Assembly: GCA_964610055.1 (NCBI GenBank)
Contig: CAZSUC010000001.1
Span: 351,994-415,993 of the forward strand
Direction: 5' to 3'
Origin: an uncultured Candidatus Saccharibacteria bacterium
GTDB lineage: Bacteria; Patescibacteriota; Andersenbacteria; UBA10190
DNA: 64,000 nt
Part shown: positions 58,578 through 64,000 of the stretch, in pieces
How the letters are laid out: each line of letters opens with the position of its first letter
Numbering within the stretch: position 1 is the first letter of the stretch
Translations under genes and position numbers: made by a program
The notes under the pieces: model-generated
The model's database searches: none
Seen by the model: only the letters and a program-made list of their open reading frames with translations
What the model was told of the DNA's origin: nothing

Positions 58578-58604
58578 TTAGCACTCAAAGCCATAGAGTG
58601 CTAA
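58578..58604. promoter_or_regulatory. CIRCE element (HrcA operator)
   Basis: Perfect TTAGCACTC-N9-GAGTGCTAA directly upstream of hrcA. Confidence 0.97.
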
Positions 58605-58618
58605 AATATATTTACGCT

Positions 58619-59335
58619 ATGACTGACCGTCAATCTCTTATTTTAGAAGCCCTTATTAACGAATATATTCGCACCGCTAAACCTGTGGGCAGCGCGGCAG
58701 TTTTAGCTAAATTAGAAATTGATTTAAGCCCCGCCACCGTTCGTAATGAAATGCAAGCCTTAGAAGAAAGTGGCTATCTGTTTCAGCCGCATGCTTCTGC
58801 TGGCCGCATTCCGACTGACAAAGGTTACCGTTATCATATCGATCGTCTGCGGCGCGTGGCTTTTAATGATTCACAAAAAGAACGCCTTGAAGAAGAGCTT
58901 ATCCGTCTCATGGGGGAGTACCGCGAGCTAACTCGTAGCGCGTCCTGTTTACTTGCGCGTATGTCGCGCCTCGTTACTATGTGCAGTGCACTTTCATCGG
59001 GTGAAACCACTGAAACTGGCTTATCTCAACTTTTGCAGCAGCCGGACGCTGACATGCTTGAAACTGTGCGTGAAGTAAGTCGCTTGCTTGATGATCCCGC
59101 GGCCGTTACCGAAAAACTATCCGACATCACTGACGATGAAACTGTTGTTTATGTTGGTCGCGAAAATCCTTATTACCCGGCTGAACATACCAGCTTAATT
59201 GTTCGCAGTATCGACACTCCGCAATATGGTCGCTTAGTTTTTATGATCGCCGGCCCCAAGCGTATGTCATATCGTCGACATGTTAATTTATTAGACGCAA
59301 TTAGCGATATCCTTCATCACAATCAAGACCTATGA
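58619..59335 (+). CDS. hrcA: heat-inducible repressor HrcA (short form)
   Basis: YI.TA.PVGS, SPATVRNEM..LE..GYL.QPH.SAGRIPTDKGYR and GPKRM.Y. Confidence 0.95.
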   Translation: MTDRQSLILEALINEYIRTAKPVGSAAVLAKLEIDLSPATVRNEMQALEESGYLFQPHASAGRIPTDKGYRYHIDRLRRVAFNDSQKERLEEELIRLMGEYRELTRSASCLLARMSRLVTMCSALSSGETTETGLSQLLQQPDADMLETVREVSRLLDDPAAVTEKLSDITDDETVVYVGRENPYYPAEHTSLIVRSIDTPQYGRLVFMIAGPKRMSYRRHVNLLDAISDILHHNQDL

Positions 59336-59790
59336 TTCATTCTCGTGAACTTAATTCACCTCAAAATCAGCACGCTGAAGAATACTTACAAGGTTGGCAA
59401 AGAGCCCGCGCTGAACTTGATAATTTTCGCAAACAAATTGCGGATCAAAACTCAGTCGCCGGCAATCGACATCTTGTTAACATCGTAACTACTTTTTTAC
59501 CAATCGCTGATAATTTCCGCGCTATTACCGAGCATTTACCACCTGATCTCGCTGATAATGCCTGGGCGCAGGGAGTTACGCATGTTTGTCGACAATTTCA
59601 AGACACTCTACAAAGCCTCGGTCTCACTGAAATTAACCAAATTAATGTTCCTTTCGATCCTAACATTCATGAAGCGGTTGCTTCCGATCAAGCTGATACT
59701 GATCATTCTCACACAATCAGCGCCATTATTCGTCCTGGTTACCGGCTAGGTGAAACAATAATTCGTCCGGCCCAGGTACAAGTTAAGTAA
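59332..59790 (+). CDS. grpE: nucleotide exchange factor GrpE
   Basis: [20 protein letters not shown] and GY.LG..IIRPA.V. Confidence 0.95.
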   Translation: MIHSRELNSPQNQHAEEYLQGWQRARAELDNFRKQIADQNSVAGNRHLVNIVTTFLPIADNFRAITEHLPPDLADNAWAQGVTHVCRQFQDTLQSLGLTEINQINVPFDPNIHEAVASDQADTDHSHTISAIIRPGYRLGETIIRPAQVQVK

Positions 59791-59818
59791 TTTAACCTAT
59801 ATAATTAAACTAACTTTT

Positions 59819-61696
59819 ATGAGCACAATTATTGGAATTGACTTAGGCACTACTAATTCAGCCGTCGCTGCCATGCAAGGCGGTCAACCAACCATTTTAG
59901 AAAACTCTGAAGGCAATCGCACGACTCCGTCTGTTGTTGCTTCTAAGCAAGGGGAGCGCCTCGTTGGTGTTCTAGCCAAACGTCAAGCTGTTGTTAACCC
60001 CGGCAATACAATCTATTCCTCTAAGCGTTTAATTGGTCGTCGTTTTCAAGACCCCGAAGTTCAGCGTGACAAAGAACTATTACCTTATGAAATCAAAGAG
60101 GGCGCTAATGGGGGAGTAGAAATTAAGTTTGGCGATTCTTGGGTTCGGCCCGCCGAAATCTCCGCCATGATTTTACAAAAATTAAAAGCTGATGCCGAAG
60201 CTAAGCTCGGCACGACTATCACTGATGCTGTTATTACCGTACCCGCTTATTTCGACGACGCTCAGCGCAAAGCTACCAAAGATGCTGGTCGAATCGCCGG
60301 TTTAAATGTGTGCCGCATTATTAACGAACCAACTGCCGCTGCCTTAGCATATGGCCTCGACAAAAAATCCGAAGAAAAAATAGTTGTTTTTGATTTAGGT
60401 GGTGGAACCTTTGATGTTTCCATTCTCGAAGTCGCAGCTGATACAATCGAAGTTCGCGGTACTCATGGTGACACTCACTTAGGTGGCGATGATTTTGACC
60501 AACGCATCATTGACTGGATTGTTTCAGAATTTAAAGCCCAAGAGGGGATTGACCTCAGCAAAGACAATGTCGCTTTGCAGCGCTTGAAAGAAGCGGCCGA
60601 AAAAGCCAAGCATGAATTAAGCGCAGCCACTACCACTGAAATCAATCAGCCCTTCATTACTACCGATGCCAATGGGCCTAAACACTTAGTTATGACCATG
60701 AGTCGCGCTAAGCTCGAAGAGCTCGTAAGTGAGTTAATTGATCGCGCCATTCAAGTTACCAAAGACGCTTTAGCTGAAGCTAAGTTAACTACTGCCGACA
60801 TCAATGAAGTAGTTATGGTTGGTGGCCAAACGCGCATGCCGAAAGTGGTTGCCGACGTTAAACAATTATTTGGTAAAGACCCTCATCAAGGTATTAATCC
60901 TGACGAAGTTGTTGCTCTTGGTGCGGCCATTCAAGGTGGTATTTTAGGCGGCGATGTCAAAGACGTCCTGCTGCTTGATGTTACTCCGCTCACCTTAGGC
61001 TTGGAAACTTTGGGCGGTGTGCGTACGCCATTGATTCCAAAAAACACGACCATTCCTACTAAAAAATCTCAAGTTTTCTCAACCGCTGCCGATAACCAAC
61101 CACAAGTTGAAATCCATATCCTACAAGGCGAACGGGAAATGGCCGCTGATAACAAAACCCTCGGTCGTTTTGTCTTAGACGGTATTCCTCCTGCTCCTCG
61201 TGGTGTTCCACAAATTGAAGTGACTTTTGACATTGATGCTAACGGTATCCTCAATGTTTCCGCTAAAGACAAAGCCACTAATCGCGAACAAAGCGTTAAA
61301 ATTGAAAGCAGTTCTGACCTGACAGAAGCTGAAATTCAGCGTATGCAGCAAGAAGCCGAAGCTCATGCCGCTGAAGACAAGCAGCGCAAAGATGCGATCG
61401 AAACCAAAAACCAGGCCGAACAACTCATCTACACCACCGAAAAAACTCTGAAAGATTTAGGTGACAAAGTTGACGACACAACCAAACAAGATATCACCGC
61501 TAAAATTGAAGAGTTGAAAAAAGCCAAGGATACCGATGACATTAACGCTATCAAACAAGCTTCTGATGCTTTATCAACTAAAATTCAAGAAATCGGTCAA
61601 AAAATGTACCAGCAAAATCAATCCCAGACGCCAGAACAACCAGCAGCCCCTGATGAAGGCGAAGTAGTCCAAGGGGAAGCTAAAGACAAAGAATAA
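59819..61696 (+). CDS. dnaK: chaperone DnaK
   Basis: [23 protein letters not shown] and LLLDVTPL. Confidence 0.99.
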   Translation: MSTIIGIDLGTTNSAVAAMQGGQPTILENSEGNRTTPSVVASKQGERLVGVLAKRQAVVNPGNTIYSSKRLIGRRFQDPEVQRDKELLPYEIKEGANGGVEIKFGDSWVRPAEISAMILQKLKADAEAKLGTTITDAVITVPAYFDDAQRKATKDAGRIAGLNVCRIINEPTAAALAYGLDKKSEEKIVVFDLGGGTFDVSILEVAADTIEVRGTHGDTHLGGDDFDQRIIDWIVSEFKAQEGIDLSKDNVALQRLKEAAEKAKHELSAATTTEINQPFITTDANGPKHLVMTMSRAKLEELVSELIDRAIQVTKDALAEAKLTTADINEVVMVGGQTRMPKVVADVKQLFGKDPHQGINPDEVVALGAAIQGGILGGDVKDVLLLDVTPLTLGLETLGGVRTPLIPKNTTIPTKKSQVFSTAADNQPQVEIHILQGEREMAADNKTLGRFVLDGIPPAPRGVPQIEVTFDIDANGILNVSAKDKATNREQSVKIESSSDLTEAEIQRMQQEAEAHAAEDKQRKDAIETKNQAEQLIYTTEKTLKDLGDKVDDTTKQDITAKIEELKKAKDTDDINAIKQASDALSTKIQEIGQKMYQQNQSQTPEQPAAPDEGEVVQGEAKDKE

Positions 61697-61698
61697 TT

Positions 61699-62631
61699 AT
61701 GTCCTTACCGCGGCCGCAAATTAAAGAAATTGGATTAGCACTAGCAAGTTTGCTTTTAAGCCTCATCCTCTTTCTTAGCGTTGCGGCCGCGGCTGCAGCC
61801 GGATTCACGCATACTGTTATTCTAACTATCGTTGGTCTTATCGCTTTCAGTTGGCTCGCGTTAATAGCAGTTTATCTAGCCTTTGCTCCCACGCGTTGGC
61901 TCGCATATCTCATTATTTTCTTCAGCGCTTTCTTACTCGCACTAATTGGACGCTTTCATATTAGTGCTATTATTGGCGCTCTGATCTTAATTGGCACCCT
62001 CGTTCCTGCTCGTCGCGCTTTCCAACTTGATCTGCATAATCATGTTAAATATCAAACCTCCCAGGCTTTCGGATCCGGTGTTCATATCTTGCTTTTAGGT
62101 CTCATTATGTCAATTTCCGGTTTAATCTTGCCGCAAGTCTCAAGTCTAATCGCTCAAAAGGGGATTAGTATCAATGCCGCTACCGTTTCCTGGATTATCA
62201 AACCTGTCTCATCGTATTTTGCTAACGACTTACCTGGCTTAGCTGACGGCGGTACAGTTGACGACTATTTAGATCAGCAATTTGCCAGCCAACTTCCAGC
62301 CGGTCAAACACTCTCTTCCGCACAGCGCCAGTTAGCCTATCAAGAAATTAGTCAGCGATTCGGCGACCAACCCATTACCGGCACTGAAACCTTAGCCGAT
62401 ATTGTCGCTTATCGTTTAAATAGCTGGCTCAAAAACCTCACCCAAGCCAATTCCATTACGATCGCTTTTAGCTTAATCGTCCTCGTTTTACTAACTATCC
62501 GCGCAATTTTACCAGTCGTTGCTTGGTTAGTTCTTGCTTTAATCACTTTCTTGATTTTTCTCAGTCGCCGTGTTGGTTTACTGCAGCTCACTGAAGTTCC
62601 AACCCCGGCTCAAAAGCTGGAAATCCGTTAA
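61699..62631 (+). CDS. polytopic membrane hypothetical protein within the dnaK operon
   Basis: About 7 TMs; 2-bp gap after dnaK and 15-bp gap before dnaJ. Confidence 0.75.
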   Translation: MSLPRPQIKEIGLALASLLLSLILFLSVAAAAAAGFTHTVILTIVGLIAFSWLALIAVYLAFAPTRWLAYLIIFFSAFLLALIGRFHISAIIGALILIGTLVPARRAFQLDLHNHVKYQTSQAFGSGVHILLLGLIMSISGLILPQVSSLIAQKGISINAATVSWIIKPVSSYFANDLPGLADGGTVDDYLDQQFASQLPAGQTLSSAQRQLAYQEISQRFGDQPITGTETLADIVAYRLNSWLKNLTQANSITIAFSLIVLVLLTIRAILPVVAWLVLALITFLIFLSRRVGLLQLTEVPTPAQKLEIR

Positions 62632-62646
62632 ACATCTTCCAAACGT

Positions 62647-63726
62647 ATGGCCAAAGATTATTACGAAATTTTAGGCGTTGATCGTTCTGCCTCGCCGGAA
62701 GCAATAAAAAAGGCGTACCGACGTCTTGCTCATCAACATCATCCCGATAAAGCTGGCGGTAACGAAGCTAAATTTAAAGAAATCAATGAAGCTTATCAGG
62801 TTCTTGGAGACACTTCTAAGCGTTCCCAATACGATCAATTTGGTGCCAATTTTGAACAAGGTGGCGCCAATGGTTTTGGCGGCTTTGATTTTTCCGGCGC
62901 TGGCTTTGGCGGCATCAACGATATTTTTGAACAATTCTTCCGTGGTGGCGCCACTAATCGGACTCAACAACGCAGTGTTCGTCGCGGTGATGATATTGGC
63001 ATTGATGTCACCATCTCGTTTGCTGAATCCGCTCGTGATATCACCAAAGAAGTGAATCTTCGCATGTATCAAGCTTGCTCTCATTGTCATGGCAACGGTG
63101 CTGAACCAGGTACAAAAATTGAAACATGTCGGACTTGTCAGGGGACTGGTACTGTTACCACTACTCGTCAAACTATGTTTGGCTCTTTTGCTCAGAGCAG
63201 CGTCTGCCCCGACTGTCATGGCGATGGCAAGAAAGCCGTTACTGTCTGTCATAAATGCCATGGAGAAGGCCGTGAACTTACTAATCGTAAGTTAGATATC
63301 AAAATACCAGCCGGCATTGCCAACCAGCAAACAATCGAGATTTCCGGCAAAGGTGAAATCCCACCTCGCGGCGGTTTGCCTGGTAACCTTTACGTTAATG
63401 TTCACGTTGTGCCTCACCCTCGTTTACGTCGTGACGGACGTAACGTCCGCCTCGCTGAATCTATCAGCTTTACCGCCGCCGCTCTTGGTACTTCGCTCAG
63501 TGTTCCTACTTTAACTGGCGAGGAAAAGATTGATATTCCCGCTGGCACTCAGCCTGGAACCGAGATTCGTTTAAATGGTCTCGGATTTCCAGCCATTCAC
63601 AGCACCACTAAAGGCGATCAAATTGTCACCATCCAAGTTGAAATTCCGCGTAAGCTAACTCGTCATCAAAAAGAATTACTGCAAGAATTTGAGAAATCTC
63701 CCACTAAAAAACACCGGCTTTTCTAA
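62647..63726 (+). CDS. dnaJ: chaperone DnaJ
   Basis: HPD J-domain, G/F region and four CxxCxGxG repeats. Confidence 0.98.
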   Translation: MAKDYYEILGVDRSASPEAIKKAYRRLAHQHHPDKAGGNEAKFKEINEAYQVLGDTSKRSQYDQFGANFEQGGANGFGGFDFSGAGFGGINDIFEQFFRGGATNRTQQRSVRRGDDIGIDVTISFAESARDITKEVNLRMYQACSHCHGNGAEPGTKIETCRTCQGTGTVTTTRQTMFGSFAQSSVCPDCHGDGKKAVTVCHKCHGEGRELTNRKLDIKIPAGIANQQTIEISGKGEIPPRGGLPGNLYVNVHVVPHPRLRRDGRNVRLAESISFTAAALGTSLSVPTLTGEEKIDIPAGTQPGTEIRLNGLGFPAIHSTTKGDQIVTIQVEIPRKLTRHQKELLQEFEKSPTKKHRLF

Positions 63727-63737
63727 GCCGGTGTTTT
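63708..63737. terminator. bidirectional terminator overlapping the dnaJ stop
   Basis: AAAACACCGGCTT/AAGCCGGTGTTTT stem. Confidence 0.75.
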
Positions 63738-63755
63738 AGTTTACCTCAGACAGTC

Positions 63756-64000
63756 TTACTTTACCTCGTTATAAAACTTATACACTTTCAAAACATCGCC
63801 TTCCATCTTTCCCACAATTCGTACTTTTTGCGCATCTGCACTTAAAGTATCATGCTCCATTTCGCCACCGCTGCGAGCATAAAAGGGAGTGTTATCTCGA
63901 TACGACACCGTCACATCCTTACCAACATATCGTTCTGCTTTAAACGTCGAACTGGAAACACTAAGCTTCATCAGCATGTGGTCTTGGTCGTAATCAATTA
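63756..64000 (-). CDS. 3' end of a hypothetical protein (partial)
   Basis: The open frame appears to run to the window edge and ends at the terminator shared with dnaJ. Confidence 0.55.
   Translation of the reverse strand, partial: IDYDQDHMLMKLSVSSSTFKAERYVGKDVTVSYRDNTPFYARSGGEMEHDTLSADAQKVRIVGKMEGDVLKVYKFYNEVK

Noticed and set aside
62671-63261. 196-aa antisense ORF inside dnaJ, and similar shadow ORFs throughout (e.g. 25133-25585, 54699-55151, 13979-14329)
   Set aside because: They lie antisense or off-frame to well-supported genes and have no motifs, so they are best explained by codon bias.

Overview
A gene-dense, housekeeping-rich 64 kb chromosomal segment (about 40-45% GC, judged by eye). 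The gene content fits a Patescibacteria/CPR bacterium (inference, not a database call): TM-anchored Clp ATPase, CAP-domain protein, two sortases, CxxC-x17-CxxC protein and short intergenic spaces. It encodes translation genes (rplY, prmC, prfA, rpmE, rpsB, tsf, tyrS, rpmG, rplJ, rplL, rplU, cysS), six tRNAs, a dcw cluster (mraZ-rsmH-ftsL-ftsI-murF-like), murB, mltG, lexA, rmuC, sodA, recR, dnaB and a CIRCE-hrcA-grpE-dnaK-(membrane protein)-dnaJ operon. No CRISPR array, transposase, integrase or rRNA was seen. The most notable observations are: (1) a 59-aa bacterial histone-fold gene (14818-14997, minus strand) that the ORF track missed, with a strong Shine-Dalgarno sequence and DnaA boxes upstream; (2) an archaeal-type TyrRS next to a tRNA-Tyr with archaeal identity (C1:G72, A73, short variable loop); (3) DnaA boxes upstream of the histone, mraZ, lexA and dnaB; (4) boxA-like motifs plus SD sequences upstream of orphan genes, whereas many other genes look leaderless; (5) two sortases with a candidate sorting-signal substrate; (6) several apparent pseudoenzymes.
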